A stretch of DNA of 59,977 nt, filler included, from Basidiobolus meristosporus CBS 931.73 (Eukaryota > Fungi > Basidiobolomycota), in assembly GCA_002104905.1 (NCBI GenBank). It is 3 parts of 3 records of this genome, joined end to end, with 100 filler letters (N's around TTAATTAATTAA, not from the genome) between each part and the next. Parts side by side here need not be neighbours in the genome. Positions count along the whole stretch, not along the records: positions 42,771 to 59,977 come from MCFE01001098.1; 2 more parts are not named here. One strand, written 5' to 3'. Shown here piece by piece: positions 49,111-59,977 of this stretch (position 1 is its first letter; every line of letters begins with the position of its first letter). Made by a program: the position numbers and the translations under genes. The notes under the pieces are model-generated. The model saw only the letters and a list, made by a program, of their open reading frames with translations, was not told where the DNA came from and did not search any database.

Positions 49111-52100
49111 TAAAAGCCCCTATGAAATGTTATTGTAATGATCTTATCAAAAGGCCATCACAAAGTTAAGGTCCTGTTACTGATCCTGTCAGGACACTGT
49201 TCAGAGCTGTTGAAAGATAATTGCACCCCAGATTTCAAAAATACTTGGTTAAAATTTCTCATCACAACAATATATAAATGGTTTTTGATTGATTCCCTGC
49301 AAATTTGCTCACTTTCTGATCCTGAGCACTCAATCACCTTCCACATTTGTGTGCATTGATTGGCTATTGTCTCTTTTTCATGCTCCCCTTATGAAAAATA
49401 ATTTGGTTATGCAGGTGGATCCAATCCAGATCAGCCATAAGGATCCCATCAAGTGACTGTCATAATACCAGCAGCTTCAAATCAGTGACCCTCTTAGCAA
49501 TTTTATTACAGGACTGTTATGGTATTTTGCTAATTTCACTACCATATAAAGGGATAAAACTTGACAAGATTTAATTGGTGCTATGACAAAAATTGCATGG
49601 TATTGTTGTGGTCTTTTAGCGCTCTACTACTATTTTAAGTGGATTCAACCAGCCAGGACATTCAATTGCCTTATATGGCAAGAAACTTGACGGTATTTTG
49701 ATGGCCTCACATAAAGACTCCAATGGCATTACATTGGCAATATGACAGCCTACAGCTTGTTCTGTATAATGCTACCTTACCAATTTACCAAATAGTATTT
49801 CCTTTTTCTACCTCCCCTTGTGCAATTCATATATTGCGCTGTAGAATCACCCCTCTTTATTTGCTTACCCACCACTACCTTGGGTATTCCACATATATTT
49901 CAAATCAAAAAAATAAAATGACCTCCTGCTTACTACCCTTGTTAAATGCGCACACCTGCCGCAATTGACGTACTTCTATCACCTCAACTTTGCAGCCTTT
50001 TAGTGTGATACTTGCAGCGTTGCCATATACCTTGTATTGCTGGTAACATATACATCTTGCAAATATATTCTTGGTTGTTGCCACTTCTGCCATGAATACC
50101 TCCTGAATATCTGCAAGGAACTTCTCAGTATTTAGCCAATATATTCCTTCTCCCTGTTGGATTCTAGTCTCCCTTATAGGTGCGCTCTGGCTTTTGTTTG
50201 TGTGAACTCCATATTGAATGGTGTGGAAGTTGGCTTATGACCAAGAGGAGTCTGATATACCTTGGTAGAGCTTTCCTAATAAAAATTAGTTGCTTGTTGC
50301 ACCCAACCTAACTTTGCATTACTTAACTGATTACCCACACATTGGGGCTGCTCAACTACTTAATGCCATAGGCACAGGTGTCTTCATGAGCACATTTGTC
50401 CTCAGTGTTTTCCAACTCTTCCTGGCTGTCCTTCATTTGCCAAGTCATCATATCCATGAAGGACTTGAAGGTAATATTCTTGATGGGATTGGAATATGGT
50501 AGCACCTGCAGCTTGACTTGTCCTCCTATCTCCCCATACATCTGCTCCATAGGAAATTACAAAAGGTGAAGCAAGGCCCAATATCCTCCACACAGTGTGC
50601 AAGATAGAGTAGAGAATGGATACAGTAGAGGCAGAGATCTACATGTTTCTCCTTATATTTGTAGTACAGCCGCTCAAATCCCATCACAAACTCCTCACAC
50701 AACAACTGTATATGCATCAAGTTAGCATTGGTGATCCGCTTCTGGATAAATATTCCAACAATGTCCACATATCACACCCAATGCTTCTAATGTACTCTTG
50801 GGAGGAATGGCTTTAGAACACCACCTGAATAAATACATATCCAGTTCATCCAGTCCTTGCATTTGTTTTGTTGCATATGCATGTGAATATTAGTTGGAGC
50901 CCATGAGATGTACTTAGGGTAGCAGTTACTCTGTAATATCTTGCCAATTGTTTCAAATCTCTCCAATATCTCAAAGGGCTCATTAAGCTTGAAATGCCCC
51001 ATGTACAACTTGGTCATCAGTACAGGGATAATGTTGAAAAGCATATGCATAGCTCCCAGTGGAAAGCTTTTGCACCTACAGATACCCTCTATCTTAAGTA
51101 TCTCTGGTTTCCAATTGATTCAATATTCCCCCTAATGGCTTACAGCTTGCCAGCTTTGCTGCAATTGCATGCTGACTTCTGCACTTTCTCTCTGCGGAAA
51201 GATGATGTTCTTAGTGGAAGTGTTTAGGTAATAATAATGTGTGTGAGTTATGGAGTAAGTCCCCTGGATCTCACACATTCAACAGCAATACCATTCATTG
51301 TGCCCAGAAAAACCTGCTATCTTGCTGATGGCTGGGGTATCTCCAATGCAGATAATAATATGAGCTTTTACATGACAGCCGTTTACTATTTTCCTGCTGG
51401 AAAGCCTACAAAATTCATCCAGCAATGGAGGCAGGTAACTAATCAGGTTAGTTGGTGATTTAGACTCAGATACCAATGAGCCTACCATCAGATTATTGCT
51501 CTAATACTGTAAGATGTGCGGCAGATTCAGATTGATAAGAATCAGTGGCCAGCAGGATCTGCCAGTAGAGTACTTGTTTAATGAGAATCAATGAAGTGCC
51601 AAGGCAAAAGCATGGTCATACACACCTTTAAAGTAGCCCTTGCTTCTTGGCTGCCTGTAATGTTTGCCATCAAATATATTGGTTATGTTAGTACTTGATT
51701 GATACTGAGTGTGGTACTGTAACACTGGAATATCTGTTGGACTGTATCAGCTTCCTCAGACAGGCTATGACCATAATATAGCCAGAGTGTGAACAACATT
51801 TTTCCTCAATGCTGGCGGATTCCTGATAATGTGGACATATTGCAAGGGTAGCATTTTTAGATGTAAATGCCATGTAACTTTTAACACATGCTGGAATCAG
51901 GACAGTCTCTGGCTCATATATTGCCAGCTGCATGATTGTTGTCTACTTGTAACATGTATATAGCAAGTTGCATCCTTATATGATTTTGGTAAGAAGTAGT
52001 AATAAATCCTTAAGGCCAATATTACTGATATCAGTGAAAACATGCCACTTCTCAAGCCACAACATTACATCATTCACCAGTGGATGGATTACTGGGCTCA

Positions 52101-52572
52101 CTTGGCTCCATAAAGTATCCTTGACATTTGTTTCAGCAGGTGTTGTCTCATTGCATATAGGAGTTGGTCATACCTGGTATACTTGTTAGGGGAGATAGGC
52201 TCAAAATCCATCAGTGAACCTTCTTTGTTAGAGCTATCACTCTGCATCCCATATTCAGAAGGCTGAGGTGAGCCTCAAGGCATCACAAACTCACCTGACT
52301 CAGCTTGCACAAGGTGACAAAGACAGCCAGGTGCCAAAATAGAAGTACCAACTGGCCAGCAAGAAAATGTTGGTACAATAGTGACCAATAGACTTGTTCC
52401 GTTGGATAGTGCCACATAGTGCCAGCCTGTTTATGGTGCCGGATCAATCTGGCACTCCACGGCACTATCTGGCACTATAATTTCTACCAATATGCCAGTG
52501 GTATGATACAGTTACTGGTAATTTTACTCAATCTTTCTTATGTTGCTCAGAATAGTGCTTTCCTTGCTTTAT

Positions 52573-53457
52573 TTACTCTCCATGATGCTTCAGACACATT
52601 TCTCTCAGTGGATGTCTTCTTGTATGAACATACTGTGCATTAATGAGTATCTTGACTATTTTACCTATTCTGCTGTTTTCTCCTATATATGACTTTCCTC
52701 TGTATTTACCTGCCAATATGCTGAAACTCTTCAGATATCCAAATGTGTGCTCAACCCTCACTCTGAAATGATTAAATATCTCATTGTAGAGCTTCTGCTT
52801 CCTGCTAAGCACAGCATTCCTTGGCTTCCTATAAGCTGTAATGCATCCTAATCTCTGACAATCCTCTCCTATATAGGCCAAGTCTGCCACACATTTCTCC
52901 CCTCTACTGAATCCAGAATGATTCTCTACCCAGAGTGCTTTGTCATGCCTACTTCCAGCAAATGGCCCACTAAACCAGATGATGTTACCCTCAATGTCAG
53001 ACAGTGCTTGAAACTTCACACAGTGTGACTTGTACTTGCCAGAATAAAAGTGCCTCTGCCCTCTAGAAGGTCTGTTAATCCTCACTGGGAAGGTATCCAA
53101 AATACTCCTGATATAGAACCTGTTGCTGAACACTCTGGGATATGGAAGTCTATTGGAGCTTCTGAACCTAGTGTTCCAAGCTTGCTCTAAGTCATTCATA
53201 CCCTCTGCAAGGTGGTTCTCCATTGCTGTCAGCTGGGAATGAAAGCTTCTAGGACTTTTGTTGCCATGGATGGTGGGATGAAACCTTGTAGGGCAATAGT
53301 TCTTGTAATAGCAGAGAAGCTTGACAAGGGATCTCCTTGAGTAGATTGGGATTGATAGTCCACAGTACTTGGAATAGATCTCCTCTAGTGTGTCAAAAGG
53401 AAATCCAGTGGTAGTGATGGGATTGATGAGAAAAGACCATTCAGATGAGTAAGTCAT
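52573..53457 (-). CDS. Harbinger-like DDE transposase, intact ORF (294 aa from ATG 53457)
   Basis: ILDTFPVRINRP, FYSGKYKSHCVKFQAL, GSRHDK, VADLAYIG and RVRVEHTFGYLK. All three acidic residues are present. Confidence 0.9.
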   Translation of the reverse strand: MTYSSEWSFLINPITTTGFPFDTLEEIYSKYCGLSIPIYSRRSLVKLLCYYKNYCPTRFHPTIHGNKSPRSFHSQLTAMENHLAEGMNDLEQAWNTRFRSSNRLPYPRVFSNRFYIRSILDTFPVRINRPSRGQRHFYSGKYKSHCVKFQALSDIEGNIIWFSGPFAGSRHDKALWVENHSGFSRGEKCVADLAYIGEDCQRLGCITAYRKPRNAVLSRKQKLYNEIFNHFRVRVEHTFGYLKSFSILAGKYRGKSYIGENSRIGKIVKILINAQYVHTRRHPLREMCLKHHGE

Positions 53458-53816
53458 ATTAAAATTGGTGGATGATTGTATAAAGGTGGTTTGAATCAAT
53501 TTGGCACAATCCACGTTATTTATCTGATTTTTAATACATTATGGTTAAATCTCCATCAATTGCCATGTATCCCATCATTATGTTGCAAAAATCATCCGCA
53601 AACAATGCCTTGGTACTTTTATTGATGCTTTAATCATAGGTCTATAATCAAATAGGAAATCTGCAATTGATGTGATCTGAAGCGTGTTAACGCAATCCAA
53701 GATGCATCATGCATAATATATGGAAAATTCAACAATCACATTAGTTTTCATATATATTTCATATAAGACCAGGTTGATGCCAATATACTGCTGTATAAGT
53801 ATCCAAATCTGTTGCT

Positions 53817-55079
53817 ATGGTCCCCATACCAAGCCTCAACTCATCTTTAGTACAACCCAGACAAAACCCATCCCCCAGCTCACAAGCGCGGTCCGGACCG
53901 GAAAAGTCAATGTTGGATCCGTTTGAGTTCTTGCCAAATGATTTTAGTATGGCCCAAGTGTCTATGATGAGCCTTCATACAGATATTTGGGCACTACTGA
54001 TTAATCAAGCAGAACTAGATACCTCAGAGAGACAACTAAGATGGAAGAATATGAGTAGAAAGCTGTAGCATGAGTTCTACATCATGATGCCAGCCAATGT
54101 ATGTAAAAAGATATATAACAAGACAAGTATTGGAATCAAGAATGAGCTGAGAGTGAGGGGATTTGACAAAGAAGCCGCACAGGAACGATTTTGCGCGCAA
54201 TTTGCACAGTACGGGCCGGATGCGTCCGTTTGTGCCTCAACTTTGGGAACCAAAGAGATTTTGAATGAGTTTTTGCCTCAAATGACTAATGTACTACGTG
54301 ATATATTAGTAGAGCTAAGTGGCTTCCAAGAGCAATATACACAGGACTCATCCAGGCAACAGCTCCAAAGTATCAGACAGAGGGTAAGTGAATACCTTGA
54401 GGAATCAGATGGTGAGCTTCAGGAGGAAGAATACAGACCGCAAGCAACATTGTCCAGATTGCGCCAGCACACCTTGCTGGATTCCCTACCATCTCTTGCA
54501 ACCACAGCGTGCCGGCGCATGTCAATCCAGAGTACGCCAACACCCTTTACCAGAACGCCCTGCATTGAGTCAACGCGCATTGAGTCTATGCACGTTGGGT
54601 CAACGCACACGCTTCAGAGCAAAACTACAAGAACTTGCCAAACTGCTCATTTAGACATGAGTCCATTGGAGCGGACCAAGTTGCGTCAACTTGCAGCATC
54701 ACATCAAACTCAGCCAAGGGCCATCTCAATGTGTCAAGGTGCGCCTGCACGTGCCGTTTTGCCTGACCATCAGCGAGTTACTTCTGGTGAACTGACTGAT
54801 GATGACCAACATGAAGTGCCTCAACCACTGGAGCCCTTGGCAAGTAAAAGAATGTGTCAGCGCGTGGCACTACAGGCCGGTTCAGTTGGTTCAGTTGGAG
54901 CAATTCAGCACGGCCAAGCTGTAGCATCGCACTCATCAACTAGGAGGCAAAATACTGACTATAAATACACAAGTAGCCAAGATGATAGTTAGCCAGGAAG
55001 TACTATAGGTGTGCAAAGTGAGTCACTACCAAATGCTTCAGTAGTAATCCCTGTGAGAAAAAAACCCAGGAGAAGATAA
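53817..55079 (+). pseudogene. Pangu copy 2 accessory ORF2 (~420 codons, TAG at 54066 and 54990)
   Basis: Copy 1 has sense codons where copy 2 has stops, and vice versa. The protein has a helical N-terminal half, a low-complexity C-terminal half and a RKKPRR tail. The true start is uncertain. Confidence 0.7.
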
Positions 55080-55795
55080 TGCAATTGCTTTGAATTGCTC
55101 AAATTTGTAATGATCCTGACAGCCCATTTTTTTTGCAATCCAAATCGAGCCATTGCAAATCAGTGATCATCAAATTTTTGATATAAGTAATATCAAGGTT
55201 GTCTCACATTTGAGACAGAACCCCTATATATAAACACCCTGCATATATATACGTCATCTGTAATACCAGTGCAGCTATTGGATCTGTTGTGCACCTACAT
55301 GATCACTTGTGTGCTGGCTATGACACCTTATCCAATCACTAGGATCAGGGATTTACTTGCTAAATGAGCAAAATGGGATATTTGATGGCAAATCAGGTAG
55401 CTTTTTTAGTAGTCAATGAGCCAATTGGGGGCTGCCAGCTTCAGGATACTTTTGGACCAATTAACCACTGAGATACCGTCCAATTGGAGTGAGGGTAACC
55501 AATATGGTAAGTATCAGTGTAGTTAATAGTGTGATACACATTTATTTCCATATACATTAAAGAAACATATCCAAGTACCGGATTTTATCTGCCATAATAG
55601 CGGTATCCAATTGCACACATGATGCAAACATTACAAGTTGGCGCAATCATCCATGCCAACCTCATAGTGTCAGATTGTGCCATAGTGTGCAAGATTGTCC
55701 CACATAGTGCAAAATCATCCAAGAACAATCCTTCCTTCTGGTAGCTATAGTATTGCGCCCAATCATTCTTTACAACTGCGGATTGCACCACACGC

Positions 55796-56874
55796 TGTGG
55801 TGGTGTATAAGTCCAAAGGGCAAAATACGGCCAACACTTCTCAAGTGTGAATGTGTGTGGGGTGTTCAATGGGTGCAATAACCTCTGGCAAAAGCTTGCT
55901 AGGAATACTGGGTCTTTTGTCTAATCTAATGTGATGGGGGATAAAGCCTCAAGCTTGTCAAGGGAAAACTATTGAACTACAATCCCCAACTTAGTTGGCG
56001 TCTTAACAAAAGTTTATAATAGCTTTGACATCCTTTGAGATGACAATGTACTAAAGCTTCCAAAGTCAAAACAACTGTAAACTCCACCAACAGGGACTTG
56101 ATAAGAATGCAGCTTTGACCAATAGTTACAAAGACTGAAAAGTATCTTTGCCTGTACAAGAACAATCTTGGGAAAACAAACCAATATAATAAAATATACC
56201 TACTCTGAGTATTCCTCACAAGTAGTGCCTCCAAGGTCAGTTGGCTGTCAGCGCGGTTTCCTGGGAGTGTTGTCAGGTCTGAGTCAGAAAATAGTGGTAA
56301 TAGGTAGCGGTGATCTCACTAATCAATAAGTTGGAATATTGGAAGAGGGATGGTTTATTTTAAGGGATAGCCTCCCTTATACTTTTTTTCTGCTCAAATT
56401 CTTGCTGGAAAATACTTTCCGGAAGTTTCCAGAAGGTAGTAGACAGCCAATCATGTCATTGTGTACTAAAAATAACGCAAATTCTTGGCGGATTGTTCCA
56501 TGAGACATAGTAGCACCTAGCCAATCAGGTAGTGGTAATATGAAACCCCTGTGTCATGTGGTTGCCTCTTATGATAGTGGGATAGGAGGGTTATGAAACC
56601 AAAATGGTCACATGACATGGGCACTGTTGGGGTACTTGCCTTATATGGTAACCATCTTATCTTGGCATCTTGGCAAGGAATAAGAATAGCTTGTGCAATG
56701 GGTTAATAGTGACAAATAGTCTGTCAAGTCGCATAGTAATAATCACATAGACAAGAATAGGAAATATTGCAAATTTGGGATGATACTAATATAGGGGGGG
56801 TAATCTTTTTTTAGGGAAGTGAATGCATAAGAATGAGCACATCTGCCTGTGGGTGTCACTGTGACCCCACTACA
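55796..56874 (-). repeat. Solo LTR of Ty3-A family (A2), 1079 bp, in the Pangu subterminal region
   Basis: TG...CA ends with 4-bp TSD ACGC (55792-55795 and 56875-56878). Confidence 0.93.
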
Positions 56875-57623
56875 ACGCCCTGGCACGGTACAATGGAACA
56901 AGTCTAATGAATGGTCAATACAACTTCTGTGGCAAAATGCTTGCCGTGATCCTTGTAATACTTCCTATGCTGTCTGTGTGCTTCATGGCTGAGAGGCTTG
57001 ACACAATAGCTAGATGGTCTTTTTTCTCTGCTCTTATGGCATTGAGTCAAAGTGGTTCTGTCCATGGGGCAAACAGTTTGACCTCAACAATGTAATGCTA
57101 TTATATCACTTTTTGGTGATTACTCATGTGAGCTTAAGACAGTCTTGTATTTGAGACATTGTGCCTACAGGAATGTATGATTCAATGATGACCCACCATA
57201 GTAAGCATGATAAATAAGCTTATGGCACCAAATACACATGTATATGTAGCACTATTTCCCAATTGGTTTGACTCACTTCCATATATATGCTGCCAAAAAA
57301 TAAAGCAAAGTTGTCTGGTTCCCAACTAAACCCTACTGCGGACAGTAACAGAAGAACAGTTGTACAACAGCTTGCTTTGACATTCAGTGCAACCAGTGGG
57401 GCTTCATCCAAAAAATGCCCTGTGGATAGTGTGCCTATTGAAGGTAATAATGCAGGATCCTCAGGCTCTCAGTCAAGTAGGCAACTGAGAACCTCTGCAG
57501 AGCCACAAGCTGACAATTATGCTCAGGCAGATGAGAATGCTGCAAATGCAGTATGCTTAGTTGAAGACTAGCAAGTGGCTGTCATAATATTGCCACCACC
57601 CATATTAGCAAGTTTGTTGTTGG

Positions 57624-57972
57624 TGCTGTAAGAGTCTTGAAGATATTGGAAGTGATTTGGAGAACAAGTAGATTATGTGGTTTTCAGTTAATGATTCAAT
57701 GAGTGTAAAAGTAGTATTTATATTTTTACATGGTCTTGGCACTACAAACACGTAGAATAGGTTAAGGAAGGTCCCAAGAACATGTGTGCAAAGTGTGGGG
57801 CTGTTTGGACAACTTTGAGAATTTTCATGTTCTGGGTACCTGGTATTTTGGTGAAAATATTCTAAGTAAATCCCGGCAAGGAATTTGGTCAGTATTCTCT
57901 AGGATTTGAAGGTGATGATCTAAGTGACTAAGTTAGGTGAATATTTAGGTGGAATTACAAATTTTTACAACA
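57624..57972. repeat. Solo LTR of copia C1, 349 bp
   Basis: Perfect 5-bp TSD GTTGG (57619-57623 and 57973-57977). Confidence 0.9.
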
Positions 57973-58069
57973 GTTGGATCATACCCAACCATTAATTAAG
58001 CATTTAGGTGCAGTGGTTGCCAGGATTAATGCAATGGCCCACAGAAATCAGAAAATAGCCTAGAAACAA

Positions 58070-59977
58070 GACTAGTCCTAATTTTGACCTAAGATATTCA
58101 AACTTGTCTCTAGCTAATGGTTTGGTAAATATGTCTGCAATCATTTCATCTGTAGGACAGTAAACTAAGCTAACTAAGTTATTCTCTATAGCTTCACGTA
58201 TGAAACAATGTCTAATATCTATGTGCTTGGTTCTAGCATGAAAAGTTGGATTTCTACCTAATTGCATACATCCTTGATTATCTTGAAATAAAGTAATAGG
58301 CATTTTTTGACATAGGCCTAAATCTGTAAAGAGTTTTCTTAACCACATTGCTTCTTTTGTAGCTTCACAGGCTGCCATATACTCTGCCTCTGGAGTAGAA
58401 AGTGCTACGGTTGGTTGCTTTCTTGAATTCCATGAAATTGCTCCTTTACAGTAAAGTAAGGTATATCCTGTGGTGGATCTTCTGTCTTCCAAATTTCGTC
58501 CCTAATCAGCATCAGAGTATCCCACAAGGTCCTGTTCTGAATCCTTATAAGTGTATCTTAAGCAGATATCAGCAGTTCCTTTTAGGTATCTAAAAATTTG
58601 CTTAACTGCTGCAATATGATCAGATCCATAGTTCTGATTATGTTGGCTGACAACTCCCACTGAATATGAGATATCTGGACGTGTTCCAAGCATGATATAC
58701 ATCAGACTGCCAACCATAGATTGATAAGGAAAGTCAGGGCTTTCAGATGGCACCAAGCTCTCTTGATTTGGTTGAGTTTTGACCAAGTTAAGGTTTGTCT
58801 CCATTGGGGTAGCTGCTGGTTTACAGTCTTCCATTTTGTACTTCTTTAGTATATCTTGAATATACTTGGATTGGCTTAGGGTGATAGTCTGGGTACTTCT
58901 GTCTATGGAGAACTTAATCCCTAAGTAGTAACTAAGTTCTCCTAGATTGGACATCTTGAACTCCTTAGATAGGCTGGATTTAGTCTCTTCCAATGTTTCT
59001 AGGTTATTGGTGGCTATAATAAGATCATCCACATATAGAGCTAACAGAACTGGATTTGCTCTATCTGGCTTATAATATATACTATAGTCAGCATTACTCC
59101 TTTTGAAACTCAAAGATTCCAAATAAGAATCTATCTTGCAATTCCAGGCTCTTGGTGACTGTTTGAGACCATATAGTGACTTTTTAAGCTTGCAGACCAA
59201 AAGGGGGTTATTTTGGTCAACAAACCCATCAGGCTGGCCCATATACACGTCCTCATCAAGTTCTCCATTCAAAAATGCAGTTTTTACATCCATTTGATGA
59301 ATAAAAAACTTATATTTGGCTGCAATAGCCAATATTAATCTAATGGAATTAAGCTTGGCTACCGGTGCAAAGGTCTGAGTATAGTCAAGTCCTTTTGTTT
59401 GAGAGTATCCTTTGGCTACAAGTCTTGCTTTGTATCTTTCAATTGTGCCATCAGCCTTGTATTTTGTCTTGAAGACCCATCTGCACCCAATTGATTTTCG
59501 GTTGATTGGTAATTTGACTAAGTCCCAAGTTTGATTTTCCATCAGGGCCTGATGTTCCTCAGTCATTGCAGATCTCCAAAACTTTGTCTGAGGGCTATTT
59601 AGGGCCTCTTTTACAGTCTGGGGTTCATCAATATGGACTGAATAGGCATAGGCTAAGTTTGTACCCTCATTGATATAGTAATTTGGGCTATTTCTTGTCC
59701 GATTGGATCTCCAGGCATTTGATACTGGAATGATCACTTCTGGGATATTCCTGGGCACTGATTCTGGCTGAACCACGGTTGTAGAGTCCTCTGGAGTGAA
59801 AAAATTTTCATTGTTTTGCTCTGATTCAATCCTGACAATTGGTGGACTTGAGATCAGATTTTCGTCATCATCTGATGTCATTTTTTGTGAAAATTTTGAA
59901 TTTTCATCAAACAACACATCCCTGGACTTGATCAGCTTCTTTGCTTTGGTATTATAGAGTCTGTATGCTTTACTCTC
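58070..59977 (-). pseudogene. Copia C1, copy c: integrase tail, RT, RNase H; 3' end truncated, continues beyond the window
   Basis: About 97-98% identical by eye to 39106-41005. Homology stops at 58070 without a PPT or adjoining LTR. Confidence 0.92.

Larger units (their letters stand above)
52390..56905 (-). mobile_element. PHIS-superfamily (Pangu-type) DNA transposon, copy 2 (3433 bp plus a solo LTR)
   Basis: 15-bp TIR AGACTTGTTCCGTTG / CAATGGAACAAGTCT with 3-bp TSD AAT (52387-52389 and 56906-56908). Inverted relative to copy 1. Confidence 0.92.
49386..57623 (-). mobile_element. Largest CMC/EnSpm-like relic (CCCTTATGAAAAAT terminus, Tnp2 on minus strand, divergent accessory ORF near 57287), interrupted by Pangu copy 2
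   Basis: Tnp2 motifs in order on the minus strand, 52380 to 49720: CVKSYMAF...ICP, SCWPLILINLNLP, IGDTPAISKIAGFSGHN, FVMGFERLYY and HSLLYLAHCVEDIGP. The far terminus was not found. Confidence 0.65.

Noticed and set aside
55225-55503. TATA-like run plus several CCAAT motifs downstream of Pangu ORF2 as a third promoter
   Set aside because: No ORF follows in either direction. In copy 1 the run reads TATAAATAAA about 150 bp after the stop, which fits a poly(A) signal equally well.
57624-57972. LTR as the 3' LTR of copia C1c
   Set aside because: It has its own 5-bp TSD and is not contiguous with the pol 3' end or a PPT.
3960-59977. CRISPR arrays, rRNA or tRNA genes, or further host genes among the short ORFs
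   Set aside because: No regularly spaced short repeats or RNA-gene signatures were seen. The short ORFs map to decayed transposon sequence.

Overview
Eukaryotic, most likely early-diverging fungal, DNA. This is an inference from ~60-bp GT-AG introns, a type III glutamine synthetase next to a DASH cryptochrome, and fungal-type Ty3 and CMC elements. The window is three contigs joined by two artificial 100-nt N spacers containing TTAATTAATTAA (27793-27892, 42671-42770), so adjacency across the gaps is unproven. Bases 1-3513 hold two convergent, CpG-rich host genes: a 5'-truncated GSIII and a 5-exon cryptochrome DASH. From about 3960 onward the window is a CpG-depleted nest of transposons. It contains three Ty3/gypsy families (A, B, C), two Ty1/copia families (C1, C2), a piggyBac with TTAA TSD and an intron-containing transposase, and two full copies plus one end of a two-gene PHIS element with ANT target duplications (Pangu-type). 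The background is a matrix of decayed CMC/EnSpm-like elements with CCCTA termini. The best candidates for novelty are an extra ~400-codon ORF filling the space between integrase and the 3' LTR of Ty3-C, the Pangu-type element (one copy keeps an intact transposase), a possible folded N-terminal domain on the piggyBac transposase, GC-rich 4-bp target sites of Ty3-A, and pervasive CpG-deamination damage at catalytic codons.
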